Position numbers and translations under genes: made by a program. Positions 1 to 9,606 of a stretch of DNA of 64,000 nt are shown here, one piece after another (the first letter of the stretch is position 1; every line of letters starts with the position of its first letter). The stretch lies in NCBI GenBank assembly GCA_016939335.1, contig JAFGHC010000030.1, positions 15,230 to 79,229 on the forward strand, given 5' to 3'. Source of the stretch: Candidatus Saganbacteria bacterium. Lineage in GTDB: Bacteria > Margulisbacteria > WOR-1 > O2-12-FULL-45-9 > XYB2-FULL-48-7. The notes beneath the pieces are model-generated. The model was not told the origin of the DNA. It saw only the letters and a program-made list of their open reading frames with translations, and did not search any database.

Positions 1-1266
1 TATAGCAGGCTCTATAATAGGCGTTCTGTAATCTCGCCCATTACAATATGAACAGGCGGTTAAATAGTTTTTTCTTTTGTAGAATTGTTCTATCTTTTGC
101 CGCAATTGCGGCCCCTCTTTTTCTTCGGCAAGCTCGATCATATCACTTTTATCGCATGGGACGGCGTTGAGGTTCGTTGCATTTGCGGAAAACGGGCAAT
201 GGTATAATTTGCCATGTAGCAACGTAAAAACATCATTCGTGCAGCAATTAAAAAATATGTCCTTTAATTGTTTTTCTGTCCTATTTTGATAAGGGAGAAT
301 TCTGCCAGAGTCTGTAAATTTAACGACTTTGCTCGCATAAGATATACCTTCGTTGTCCAACACCCCGATTAATTTATCATAGTTTTTGGACAGCGGGCCA
401 TAATTCGTTATATTGAACAGCACCTTTTTATGCTTCAGACAGCTCAGGTTTTGACCCTGCGGCACAATTGTCGCATTTGTATAGACGACTATTTTGCCCG
501 CATTGTCATATTTAAGCAACTTGTTAATTACCTTATACATCTCTTTATTTATCAATGGTTCTCCGCCCATCACGCGGAGCTCGTGAACCCTGTCAACCGA
601 TTTCATTATCTTTTCAATTGATTCAAAAAGAATGGCTAAATCAACTTGTTTTGTTCTAGCATAGTATTGCATCAGGTTGGAGCAATCTTTGCATCTCAAC
701 GTGCAGGCTTCTGTTATTACCACATCAATGACTGGCAGCTTCAGGACGTCAGGTCTGTGCTTGTCAACAAATTGCATAAGCTCGAGTTTATATAGTGTGA
801 GATCACGGTCAATCCCGGCTGTCCCACTATCTTGTTTTAAAAAATCCTTTATTATTGGCAAGCCCCCTTTATTAACTTCAAGCCTTGAAAAGTCGGTGCT
901 TTCAAAAAGTGGTATGCAGCTAAAAACATTTCTAAAGCCGAACGATTCCAGAGCAGAAAGCATAGGGCCAAGATAGGTACTGCAAATAAATACACAGGCA
1001 TTGGGCTTCTCTTTTGCTAAATTGGATAGAGAAGTGATCTCATAACCACAAAAATTCTTTTTTTGTTTTTGCTCATCGCTATCACAAACATAACTCACGT
1101 GAATACCCCGCGACTTAAGAGCAGCAAGAGCATACCTGCCCGTAATGCCCGCGCCAAAAATAGCCACTAACAACTCCTCTGCTCGAATTTTCTCGACAAC
1201 ATCATCAATATTGTAGGATATTAGGAAGTCCAGGTCGTATCCCGCCCATTCACTTCTTTGTGCCAT
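1..1266 (-). CDS. Radical SAM/SPASM protein with N-terminal NeuD/PglD-N-like Rossmann domain (partial; 3' end beyond window start)
   Basis: Minus-strand ATG at 1266; no in-window stop, so it is absent from the ORF track. Manual translation MAQRSEWAGYDLDF..LVAIFGAGITGRYALAALKSRGIHVSYVCDSD.. then VVITEACTLRCKDCSNL (CxxxCxxC) and a C-terminal Cys-rich CPFS..CD..C region. Same architecture as 8416..9606. Lower GC than the neighbouring genes. Confidence 0.6.
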   Translation of the reverse strand, partial: MAQRSEWAGYDLDFLISYNIDDVVEKIRAEELLVAIFGAGITGRYALAALKSRGIHVSYVCDSDEQKQKKNFCGYEITSLSNLAKEKPNACVFICSTYLGPMLSALESFGFRNVFSCIPLFESTDFSRLEVNKGGLPIIKDFLKQDSGTAGIDRDLTLYKLELMQFVDKHRPDVLKLPVIDVVITEACTLRCKDCSNLMQYYARTKQVDLAILFESIEKIMKSVDRVHELRVMGGEPLINKEMYKVINKLLKYDNAGKIVVYTNATIVPQGQNLSCLKHKKVLFNITNYGPLSKNYDKLIGVLDNEGISYASKVVKFTDSGRILPYQNRTEKQLKDIFFNCCTNDVFTLLHGKLYHCPFSANATNLNAVPCDKSDMIELAEEKEGPQLRQKIEQFYKRKNYLTACSYCNGRDYRTPIIEPAI

Positions 1267-1288
1267 ATTTAATTCCCCCTTTTCTGAA

Positions 1289-2299
1289 TCATGGTAAATC
1301 CCTGAATTTCTCGAGAAGTTTATTGCTATAAGCATCGATATCATCGGCCTTGCAATATTCCAGCGACCAGCATTTGTCGCACGGAGCGTGCCGGTACCGC
1401 TCGCCCCTGAGCTGCATGCGCCTGAAATCATTGAACTTGTGCCCGTTCCAGATCTCATACAGGCGCTGCTTCTTAACGTCGCCCAGATTTGTTTTCTCCT
1501 CCCAGTCGATCGAACAGGCGGTCACGATCCCTTTGTAATCGACGGTCAGATCATAGAACGGCAGCGTGCAGACCTTGATGAGGGTCTCGGCTTTCGGCTG
1601 GCCGTAATAACCGACCGTCATGTCCTTTTGGAGATGCGACACGTCAAAATTCGGCCAGGCAAGGAAGATCCTTTCAACGAACAGCTCGTCGGCATACTTG
1701 TCGAACAAGGCAAAGAATTCCTTTTCCTCGCTTTTTGTGACACCGATATCGGGCACCTTGATAAACACCCGGCACTGCTTGCGGTGCGCGCAAAAGTAGA
1801 TTATGTTCTTAACGTAACTGTCGAAATCGATATCAACGCCGGAGAGCCGCTTGTACGCTCCCGCATTCATCCCCTGCATCGAGATATTCAATTTATCCAG
1901 CCCGGCAGCAATGAGCGCGTCGGACACCTCGGGCGTCAGCAAGCTGCCGTTGGTGTAGGTGTCCACCGTCACTGCCGGCTGTTTTTTCTTGGCATAACGC
2001 ACCATGTCGGCCAGCCGGCGGTTCAGGAACGGCTCCCCTTCCCTCATCAAACGGAGGGTCTTGATCTTGTCGGGAAAATCGTCGAGATCATCGATTATCT
2101 TTGTGAACAAGGCGTAATCCATGACCCCCTTCTTGGCTTTTGCCTGCTTCAAGAGCCGCTGGTTGTGGATGGGACAATAGATGCACTTGAAATTACACAC
2201 GCTGGCGACAGCCAACTGCAGTTCATACGGCGTCTCCAGGGGGATGACCGTTTCCAGTCTGGTCCGATCGTCCGACATCTTATTTGTGATTTTTGCCAT
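1289..2299 (-). CDS. Radical SAM/SPASM(twitch)-domain protein, paralog A of a 3-member family
   Basis: 336 aa; AVASVCNFKCIYCP CxxxCxxC motif near N-terminus; C-terminal Cys cluster CSIDWEE..CDKCWSLEYC; about 60% identical to 4360..5370 and similar to 9603..10583. Confidence 0.75.
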   Translation of the reverse strand: MAKITNKMSDDRTRLETVIPLETPYELQLAVASVCNFKCIYCPIHNQRLLKQAKAKKGVMDYALFTKIIDDLDDFPDKIKTLRLMREGEPFLNRRLADMVRYAKKKQPAVTVDTYTNGSLLTPEVSDALIAAGLDKLNISMQGMNAGAYKRLSGVDIDFDSYVKNIIYFCAHRKQCRVFIKVPDIGVTKSEEKEFFALFDKYADELFVERIFLAWPNFDVSHLQKDMTVGYYGQPKAETLIKVCTLPFYDLTVDYKGIVTACSIDWEEKTNLGDVKKQRLYEIWNGHKFNDFRRMQLRGERYRHAPCDKCWSLEYCKADDIDAYSNKLLEKFRDLP

Positions 2300-3272
2300 G
2301 TTCGATCCTACTTATCAAGCCCGCATGTTTCTGATCATGAAGAAAGAAATAGTTCGTTGCCGTTGTTTCGTCGGTGACCGTGCCAAACGGCCGGAGCTTG
2401 CCCTCCGACAGCGTATGGCATGAATAGCCAAGGCCCTTGAAATACCTGATCACGTCGTTGGGATGATAATTGAAACACTTCGCCCACTTGCGCAGCAGCT
2501 CGGTCATGACTACGGGCCTGGCCTCTGCCAGCGTTCGGGCCGCCCCCTTGAAGACGAGCAGCTCGGCCCCCTCCACATCGCACTTGATCAAATCAGGCGC
2601 GACCGCATGCTCCCGGCAGTAGTCGTCGAGCCGCCTGACCTTTCCCCGGACCTTGATCTTATCGCCGGACTGATACGTATCAGCGAGCGAGGAGGCGGCC
2701 AGCACGGACGGAGAGACGTAAAAATCAACCGCCCGCTCGGCATCCGCCAGGCCAAAATTGTTAATCCTGATCGGGCCTGTTTGATTCAAGGAAATGTTCT
2801 CCAAAAACTGCTGATAGGCGGCCGGCACAGGCTCAAAAGCATGGAGCTGCAGCCCTTTAAACAATTTCTCAAGGCAAATTGAATACCAGCCGATGTTCGC
2901 TCCGACATCAAAAACAACCGTCCTGGCATTGTCCCCGCCTTTGGCCGCGATCAGGCCCCTGACCAGCGCGATCAGCATCGCCTGTTCGGCGCGCTCCGTC
3001 CCCGCCAGGATCAGCTGGCCGAGCGCGGCCGTCATTTCCCCCTCAAAGCATCTTAGGAAGATGCCTTCATTGGCCGTAGTGATAATCACGGAATTGTCCG
3101 TGATGCTGATATTTTTCACGTTTGAATTCTTCAGGTCCTTGGCGATCTCGAAAAGAATGAAATAATATTTCTTGTACAATTCCCTGGCGATCTCCGTCTT
3201 GAGCAGCGCTCGCCCGCTTAAAAGCTCGCGTTCACTTGTCAATGACATATCAGGCTGCCCCCCAGTTGTCAT
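2280..3272 (-). CDS. FkbM-family SAM-dependent methyltransferase
   Basis: 330 aa; FDVGANIGWYS motif typical of FkbM-family methyltransferases; start may be the internal Met near 3248, which would remove the overlap with the upstream gene. Confidence 0.65.
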   Translation of the reverse strand: MTTGGQPDMSLTSERELLSGRALLKTEIARELYKKYYFILFEIAKDLKNSNVKNISITDNSVIITTANEGIFLRCFEGEMTAALGQLILAGTERAEQAMLIALVRGLIAAKGGDNARTVVFDVGANIGWYSICLEKLFKGLQLHAFEPVPAAYQQFLENISLNQTGPIRINNFGLADAERAVDFYVSPSVLAASSLADTYQSGDKIKVRGKVRRLDDYCREHAVAPDLIKCDVEGAELLVFKGAARTLAEARPVVMTELLRKWAKCFNYHPNDVIRYFKGLGYSCHTLSEGKLRPFGTVTDETTATNYFFLHDQKHAGLISRIEHGKNHK

Positions 3273-4335
3273 AGGCTTTTATCGTTCTCTGCAGCCCTTC
3301 CCGAACAGAGATCTTCGGCGCATAGCCCAGGGCGCGAAGCTTGCGCGTGTCAGGGACGGTAATGTGCGGAGACTTGAACGGCTTATAGCCGGCGGGAGCA
3401 CTGTTCGCATCGTACTGCACCGAGATCTTCTTCCGCGGGGAGAGCTCACGCGCCATTTCGGCCAGCTCCCGAATCGTGCAGCCGGCCTGGTCATTGGCGA
3501 CGTTCCACGCTTCGCCGCAACGCGGGTCAAAGAATACCCGGAAGAAACCATCAATCGCATCCGTGGCATAACACCAAAAGCGGGTCTCTGCCCCCGTGGA
3601 ATGCAGCACGATGTCCTCGCCACTGACAGCGCTCTTGACGAATGAAGTGAACGCCCGGGGATCGTTGTGCAGGTCCAGGCCAGGGCCATAGCAACCAAAC
3701 CAACGGATCAAATTGACCGGAACGCCGTACTGCCTCATAAAAGAGAGGCAGATCGTTTCGCCCGCGCGTTTTGCCTCCGAATAACACGCGGCCGGGCCGG
3801 TGCAGGAGCTCGCAAAGTACATATCTTCCGAGATCGGAACATCGGATTTGATGCTCTCGCCATTGACGATCCCGGAACTGAAATAAACAAATCGCTCGAG
3901 ATCAGGAAGAGCACGCGCCAGCTCCAGGAGGTTCCAGGTCCCGAGAACATTCGGGGCCATCACTTCTACTGGCACTTCACTATCCGGACGCGGGATACTG
4001 GCGGCGTGAATGATCACCCGGGTGCCGGGATCAACGGTGCCGGTAAGGTCACGGCAAATGTCGTCGGTCCTCAACTTGAAGTTCGGAGAGTTGAGATAAG
4101 CGGCGAATCTCTTTCCCGCCTTTTCCCTGTTCCTGACCAGCGCCGTGACCTGCGGCGGAAGGCATTCAACATATTCCGGGAGCAAAAGGAGGAGCTCGAT
4201 AATGTATGATGCCAGCATGCCCGAGCCGCCGGTAATCAGGAAATCCTTGCCGGACAAGGATTTCCAGGGGAGATCCGCTCTTAAGATCTCTCTAATATCT
4301 TGTCTAATTATTTCAGGATTTGGCGGCATATACAT
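3250..4335 (-). CDS. NAD-dependent sugar epimerase/dehydratase (SDR family)
   Basis: 361 aa; N-terminal ITGGSGMLASY (GxxGxxG Rossmann), YSEAK-type YxxxK catalytic region; candidate 4-keto reductase or epimerase of the sugar pathway. Confidence 0.7.
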   Translation of the reverse strand: MYMPPNPEIIRQDIREILRADLPWKSLSGKDFLITGGSGMLASYIIELLLLLPEYVECLPPQVTALVRNREKAGKRFAAYLNSPNFKLRTDDICRDLTGTVDPGTRVIIHAASIPRPDSEVPVEVMAPNVLGTWNLLELARALPDLERFVYFSSGIVNGESIKSDVPISEDMYFASSCTGPAACYSEAKRAGETICLSFMRQYGVPVNLIRWFGCYGPGLDLHNDPRAFTSFVKSAVSGEDIVLHSTGAETRFWCYATDAIDGFFRVFFDPRCGEAWNVANDQAGCTIRELAEMARELSPRKKISVQYDANSAPAGYKPFKSPHITVPDTRKLRALGYAPKISVREGLQRTIKAYDNWGAA

Positions 4336-4359
4336 ATTTATCCCTCCTAATAAATACTT

Positions 4360-5370
4360 TCAAGGCAGGGAATCAAATTTTGGCAGAAGTTCTTCTGCGT
4401 AAGCGTCAATATTATCAACATTGCAGTATTGCACAGTAGTACATTTCCCGCAAAGGGGGTGCAAAGCCCTTTTGCCGCGCAAGTGCATTATTCGCAGTTC
4501 ATTGTATTTTTGGCCATTCCATATTTTATATAAACTTTCTTTTTTTACATTTCCAAGAGAGGTTTTATGCAGCCAATCAGCCGGGCATAGATCGGTTTCA
4601 CCATCATAATTAATGTTACATGTATAAAATATTATTGGGCACACTTTAATATATTTGGGCTCCACTGGTTTTCCATATAATCCCAAACCGTCATCCTTCT
4701 TTATGGCCGAAATATCAAAGTTAGGCCACACGGGGACAATCCGTTCGACAAAGAGCTCATCGGCATAACTATCAAATATTTTAAAAAAATCATTTTTCTC
4801 AATTTCATTGACCCCGATATCTGGCACCTTGATATAAACTTTACACTTTTTACGGTGTTCACAGAAATAAATAACATTCTTGAGCAGTTTGTCAAAGTCA
4901 ACATTAACGCCGGCCAACCGCTTAAACGCTTCGGCGTTTATGCCCTGGAGGGAAATGAACAGCTTATCTAAGCCAGCATCAATAATTGCATCTGATAGCT
5001 CCGGGGTAAGAAGACTGGCATTGGTAGTCGTATCAACTTTCACCTCGGGCTGTTTTTCTTTTGCATAGCGCACCATATCAACAAATTTTTTGTTTAAAAG
5101 CGGCTCGCCTTCTTTTAGCAGTCTTAATACTTTTATTTTCCCCGGGAATTCATCAAGATCATCTATTATCTTCTTGTACAGTTCAAAGCTCATGACCCCC
5201 TTTTTAATATTGTATTTCTTCAGCAGGTCAAGCCTTGAACATGGGCAATATGTACATCGGAAGTTGCACACACTTGCAACCGCCAGCTGCAGTTCAAGCG
5301 GTGTTTCAAGCGGGATGGCCCTTTCGAGCCGGATCCTCTGTGACGCCTGCTTTCCTTTGATCTTAGCCAT
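4360..5370 (-). CDS. Radical SAM/SPASM(twitch)-domain protein, paralog B (low-GC copy)
   Basis: 336 aa; AVASVCNFRCTYCP motif; same length and collinear with 1289..2299 but markedly AT-richer; GGAGGTG Shine-Dalgarno upstream at about 5381-5387. Confidence 0.75.
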   Translation of the reverse strand: MAKIKGKQASQRIRLERAIPLETPLELQLAVASVCNFRCTYCPCSRLDLLKKYNIKKGVMSFELYKKIIDDLDEFPGKIKVLRLLKEGEPLLNKKFVDMVRYAKEKQPEVKVDTTTNASLLTPELSDAIIDAGLDKLFISLQGINAEAFKRLAGVNVDFDKLLKNVIYFCEHRKKCKVYIKVPDIGVNEIEKNDFFKIFDSYADELFVERIVPVWPNFDISAIKKDDGLGLYGKPVEPKYIKVCPIIFYTCNINYDGETDLCPADWLHKTSLGNVKKESLYKIWNGQKYNELRIMHLRGKRALHPLCGKCTTVQYCNVDNIDAYAEELLPKFDSLP

Positions 5371-5500
5371 TACAAATGCACCTCCTCAATGCTCCCTATC
5401 ATTGCGGCAATAGACATGGGGCCTCTAATGGCAAATTAGTTCCATGTTTTATTCTTTCAAGATCTTGCTTATTCGCTATTTTAGCCATACTTGATCACCT

Positions 5501-7171
5501 TTAATGCCTAGCCGGATCATGTTCTAGTGTTGGCAATGGCGGCAAATTAAACGCTTCGATCTTTTCTTTCCAAAAGCCTGATGTTTTGTAAATATCATAA
5601 AATCTTTTCCTATATTCATGATATTTTTCAATTTTATTAAGTTTTTCACAGCATTTTGCCGCATAATAAAAAGCAAACGCATGATCATCCCTTACTTTTA
5701 TAGCATTTTCAAACCCGGATAAAGCCGTTGAATAATTGCCAAGCTGATAATCACTATTCAAAACATAATTAAGCTCGAGATTTAGAAAATATGTAATCTC
5801 TTTAATATAATCGGGCGTAAATTCCTCTGTTTCGATAATCGGCTTTTTAAAATCGCACTTTAAATAATCATCTTTTAGGTACCCTTTTTCTTCACATATT
5901 TCAAACATTCGACTCCCAACTAAGGGGGTGGCCGCACTGAATCTAAACCAATTTGGCCTGATTGTTTTAAAATATTTCCTGGCCTCCTCAATATCATTTT
6001 TTGTTTCGCCAGGCAATCCGATTAGAATCGCGACATCGGTCGCAATTCCCAATTCACGGCAAAGAGATATTACCTGATCGACAATTGAAGGCCTTAACGG
6101 TTTGTGCATAATTTCTTTCAGCACTCTTTCACTCCCGGACTCAACCGATAATGTAAGATGATCCATGCCAACGCTCTTTAAGGCCATGAGCATCTCCCTA
6201 TCAAGAGCGTATAAGGCCAATGAATTAGGGAAAGAAGGTTTTAGCCCCAACTCTCTTAAGATATTAAGTATTTCAAATACTCTTTTTTTGTTTGACATAA
6301 AATGATCATCCAATATTGTCAAGGAAGTGGCAGAATACTTCTCCTTAAGCGCCTTAAAATCTTCTTTTATCCGTTCAATGCTATAATATCTCATTTTTCT
6401 GCCATGAACAGTATGTGAGGCGCAGAAAGTGCAGTGATGAGGGCAGCCCCTTGACGTCATTGTCGAAAAATTACTATTTTTTGATGATAAATGGAATAAA
6501 GACAGGACTGAAGTCCCTGAATAATCGGATAAATCTAATAAATCATAATCCAACAACGGGATCTCATCAAGATCTTCAATAAAATCATATTCATATTTTT
6601 CAGATTTTGTTTTGTTTCTTGTTATCCACGAACTGCTTTTTTGCAAATATTCCTTTTTATTGTCGGATTGCAATAATTTTAATAGTGGCTTTTCTCCCTC
6701 GCCAAAGCAGATCGCATCAATGCTTTTATTGGTTTTAAATATTTCCTTATACATGTTTGCCGGTATGCCGCCACCACATATAATTAAGGACTTTTTATAT
6801 AATTTTCGTGCCTCATCCGCTATATCTAACGTACTATGAAATGATGAGGCAAAAAGAGTGGAAATCCCGATAATAGTTGGCTCATAATTAACCCAAACAT
6901 CATTAGAAAGAACTTCTTTAAACATTTGTTTAAATGATTTATAATCAAAGCTTTTTGTTTTACAAAGAATCACGTTAAAGTCAAGCAGTTTTACTTCTAC
7001 TTTAGTTTTATTTTTTATATAAGCGGAAAGGGATAACAATCCAATTGGCATATCCATAACAATACTGCCTAAAGACTTTGAGCCTTTCTTAACTATCCGT
7101 TCGTTAAATTCTGGATTAACTAAACTTTCGTATGTGATATATGGCGGGACTATAAAAAGAATTCTTTCCAT
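5501..7171 (-). CDS. B12-binding (class B) radical SAM enzyme, probable methyltransferase
   Basis: 556 aa; N-terminal cobalamin-binding-like Rossmann region (ILFIVPPY..MPIGLLSLSAY), radical SAM motif SRGCPHHCTFCAS; low GC (about 35%). Confidence 0.7.
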   Translation of the reverse strand: MERILFIVPPYITYESLVNPEFNERIVKKGSKSLGSIVMDMPIGLLSLSAYIKNKTKVEVKLLDFNVILCKTKSFDYKSFKQMFKEVLSNDVWVNYEPTIIGISTLFASSFHSTLDIADEARKLYKKSLIICGGGIPANMYKEIFKTNKSIDAICFGEGEKPLLKLLQSDNKKEYLQKSSSWITRNKTKSEKYEYDFIEDLDEIPLLDYDLLDLSDYSGTSVLSLFHLSSKNSNFSTMTSRGCPHHCTFCASHTVHGRKMRYYSIERIKEDFKALKEKYSATSLTILDDHFMSNKKRVFEILNILRELGLKPSFPNSLALYALDREMLMALKSVGMDHLTLSVESGSERVLKEIMHKPLRPSIVDQVISLCRELGIATDVAILIGLPGETKNDIEEARKYFKTIRPNWFRFSAATPLVGSRMFEICEEKGYLKDDYLKCDFKKPIIETEEFTPDYIKEITYFLNLELNYVLNSDYQLGNYSTALSGFENAIKVRDDHAFAFYYAAKCCEKLNKIEKYHEYRKRFYDIYKTSGFWKEKIEAFNLPPLPTLEHDPARH

Positions 7172-7267
7172 TTTTATCCTCTTAAGTCATCTTATCAAAT
7201 ATCTTTTTGCCCATCAATTCAGCACTAAACGCAATATTTTTATCGGACGCCCCCCTTGATGATCCGG

Positions 7268-8419
7268 TCATATTATCACCTTCAGCCCGCCGCTCACAAA
7301 AGTGGCAACATTTTGAACGATGTCAGAATACTGACCCTTAATAGTAGCCGCGATCTCCGCCGAATATTCCGGGCACATGATCAAAATCGCATTAACGGGA
7401 TCCTCCCGCAAATGCTGGGGCGGAAAAATCCCGAGGCCGGCCGCCGGTGAGAACCTCCCCTGCTTGACCGGCGAGGAATCAACAATATATGAAAGCTTCC
7501 CCGCGATGCCCGAAAAGGCAATGACGCTGAACGCGAGATGGCTGGCCCCCCAGACCGCGGCGCGCCCGCCGCCGCCCGTGACCGTCCGCAGATAGTCGTT
7601 GATCCGGGCCTTGAACTTGTCGCCTTTCCCCCTGGCCGCGGTCAGATCGCACCGCCGGCGCTTGCCGACGTACGCGGCAACAACGTTCAGCTCCTTGTTC
7701 TTGAATATCTCAATGACCCCCAGCCCGTTAAGGGCCAGCGTATTACGCAGAGTGTCCGCCGAAAAATACGACAGGTGATCGCTCATAAAACTGAAAATAT
7801 AATTATCGCTCAATTCGTACTCGAAGTCCGGCACGTTGATCAGGCCGACGCCGTTCTCGCTCAGCAATCCGGCGGCCGAGCGGAGAAACGCGCCCGGCTC
7901 GGGGGCGTGTTCAAGCACATTGATGGAAACGAATGCATCAAACCTTAAGCCGCCGGGCGGCCCGGACAGGTCGGTCGGATACCCCGGGAACGTTTTCAAG
8001 CCCTTGCTGTTCGCGAACTCGCAAAATTCCCGGTGATGTTCCAGCCCAAAGGCGTTGACCGGCAGCTCTTTCAAAATCCCGAGATACTCGCCGCGCCCCG
8101 ACCCGAACTCGATCACGTTCTTATTCGCGAGCGAGAACCGGTCGACGAACTTCTTGAACTGATCATGCTGTCTGGCTCTCATGGAAGCGGAGACGCCGCC
8201 CGGCCTGATCACATCCTTGTAATACGGGACCGGCTCGTTGGTCAGCTGCACCAGCCCGCAGCAGGAGCACTGCCTGACGTCGAGCACGGCGCCGGCCGCG
8301 ACCGCCGCGGCCCGGCTGGCCGGCAGGTTCTGCACGGCTTTCGGCATCTCCGGCAGCTGGAGCAGGCTTTCGTCCTTCAGCACATTACCGCAAACCCGGC
8401 ATTTTTTTACCCCGGTCAT
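7268..8419 (-). CDS. NDP-hexose C-methyltransferase (TylCIII/NovU-like; zinc ribbon + class I MTase + C-terminal C-MT domain)
   Basis: 383 aa; N-terminal CRVCGN..CSCCG zinc-ribbon, central EFGSGRGEY SAM-binding motif, C-terminal domain typical of sugar C-methyltransferases. Confidence 0.65.
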   Translation of the reverse strand: MTGVKKCRVCGNVLKDESLLQLPEMPKAVQNLPASRAAAVAAGAVLDVRQCSCCGLVQLTNEPVPYYKDVIRPGGVSASMRARQHDQFKKFVDRFSLANKNVIEFGSGRGEYLGILKELPVNAFGLEHHREFCEFANSKGLKTFPGYPTDLSGPPGGLRFDAFVSINVLEHAPEPGAFLRSAAGLLSENGVGLINVPDFEYELSDNYIFSFMSDHLSYFSADTLRNTLALNGLGVIEIFKNKELNVVAAYVGKRRRCDLTAARGKGDKFKARINDYLRTVTGGGGRAAVWGASHLAFSVIAFSGIAGKLSYIVDSSPVKQGRFSPAAGLGIFPPQHLREDPVNAILIMCPEYSAEIAATIKGQYSDIVQNVATFVSGGLKVII

Positions 8420-9606
8420 TTGGACACCCCTCGCATGTTCTGCCCCGCGGGAGCGAGCTTCAGGGAATCGCTCGTGTTGCCGTCGCAGTGGTCGCAGGCG
8501 CGCAAAAAGGCCGTCTCAAGGAAGAACGCCCGCAACCGCTCTTGCGCGGCGGCCCGGTCCGGGCCCAGAGCGGAAATCCTGAGCGCGTCAGCCGGGTAGT
8601 CCGGGATTAGCCCGGTCTTTGTCCCGTGCGAAGAGCGCGGACAATGGTACAGCACCCCATCGAGCAATTCGGCGCACGAGTTGAAGTTGCACTTTGCGAA
8701 CAGTTCCTTGAGCTGCGCTTCGGTGCGGCGCCTTGGTTCGAAGCCGCCGAGGTCCGCCCACGCCCAGTGCCGGTTGACCCGGAAGTCGATGCCGTGGCGC
8801 CGCAGGGCCTCCGTCAGCGGCGCCAGTTTGCCTGACAGCTCTCCGTAGTCGTCAATGACCACTGACACTTTATCATGCTTCAACGATTCGAGCTCCCTTT
8901 CGGCCGGCACCACAGTGCCGTTGGTGACCACATCAAGATGGAGCACTTTCCCCGAATCAAGCAAATGCCTGGCGATCGGCGCGAAATCTTTGTGCAGGAA
9001 CGGCTCGCCCCCGAGGAGCTCGACGTGGTAAATGAGATCAACACCGGACAATATCCCGTCAAGAGCCGCGATCACCTCGGACGTATCGGAATCGGCCGGC
9101 TTACGGTAATGCGGCATCAGGCTGGAACAATGCCGGCATTTCAGCGTGCAGCGCGTCGTGATGACGACGTTCAGGCGGGGAACATGCAGATCGCCCGCCG
9201 GGAACTCCATCATTTCAGCCAGCTGGCCGATCTTGGCCAGGTGCCACATGATCTTTTCGAGGCTGGCCCGCGGCGTTCGCCGGAAATCGATGCAGCCGAT
9301 AACATCCGAATCGCTGAATACATCATTAAATCCCGCGGCCGCCAGCTGCCGGCTTATCTCATTAAAATACCGTCCGGCGGCGACAATCACCAGCGCGGCG
9401 GGATAATCGGCGCGCAGCCGCTCAAAAGAGATGACCGGATAGCCGTGGAACGGTTCGTTCTGCTTGCGCGCGTCGTTATCGCAGAACGCCGCCGGCTTGA
9501 TATTCAAGATCTCAAGCGAATCAAGGACTATTTTGCCGATGACCGACGCCCCGAAGATAACGACGGGGCGGGAAGTTCCCGAGACGGCCTGGAGGAATTT
9601 ATTCAC
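8416..9606 (-). CDS. Radical SAM/SPASM protein with N-terminal NeuD/PglD-N-like Rossmann domain
   Basis: 396 aa; VVIFGASVIGKIVLDSLEILNIKPAAFCDNDARKQ..VIVAAGRYFNEI resembles the N-terminal domain of PglD/NeuD-type enzymes, followed by TTRCTLKCRHCSS radical SAM motif and C-terminal Cys cluster (CNFNSC..C..CDHCDG); paralog of 1..1266. Confidence 0.65.
   Translation of the reverse strand: MNKFLQAVSGTSRPVVIFGASVIGKIVLDSLEILNIKPAAFCDNDARKQNEPFHGYPVISFERLRADYPAALVIVAAGRYFNEISRQLAAAGFNDVFSDSDVIGCIDFRRTPRASLEKIMWHLAKIGQLAEMMEFPAGDLHVPRLNVVITTRCTLKCRHCSSLMPHYRKPADSDTSEVIAALDGILSGVDLIYHVELLGGEPFLHKDFAPIARHLLDSGKVLHLDVVTNGTVVPAERELESLKHDKVSVVIDDYGELSGKLAPLTEALRRHGIDFRVNRHWAWADLGGFEPRRRTEAQLKELFAKCNFNSCAELLDGVLYHCPRSSHGTKTGLIPDYPADALRISALGPDRAAAQERLRAFFLETAFLRACDHCDGNTSDSLKLAPAGQNMRGVSK

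Noticed and set aside
430-976. Plus-strand ORFs 430..621 and 677..976 from the track.
   Set aside because: They lie within the minus-strand Rossmann-radical SAM gene (1..1266), which has clear motifs; they are shadow ORFs.
1388-2377. Long antisense or alternative-frame ORFs overlapping annotated genes. Examples: 1388..2377+, 3667..4209+, 8033..8599+, 8875..9852+, 10774..11580+, 34366..35718+, 47015..48115-, 55425..56393+, 57386..58936+.
   Set aside because: Typical stop-codon-poor shadow frames of high-GC coding DNA. They fully overlap genes with clear homology on the other strand and show no independent motifs.
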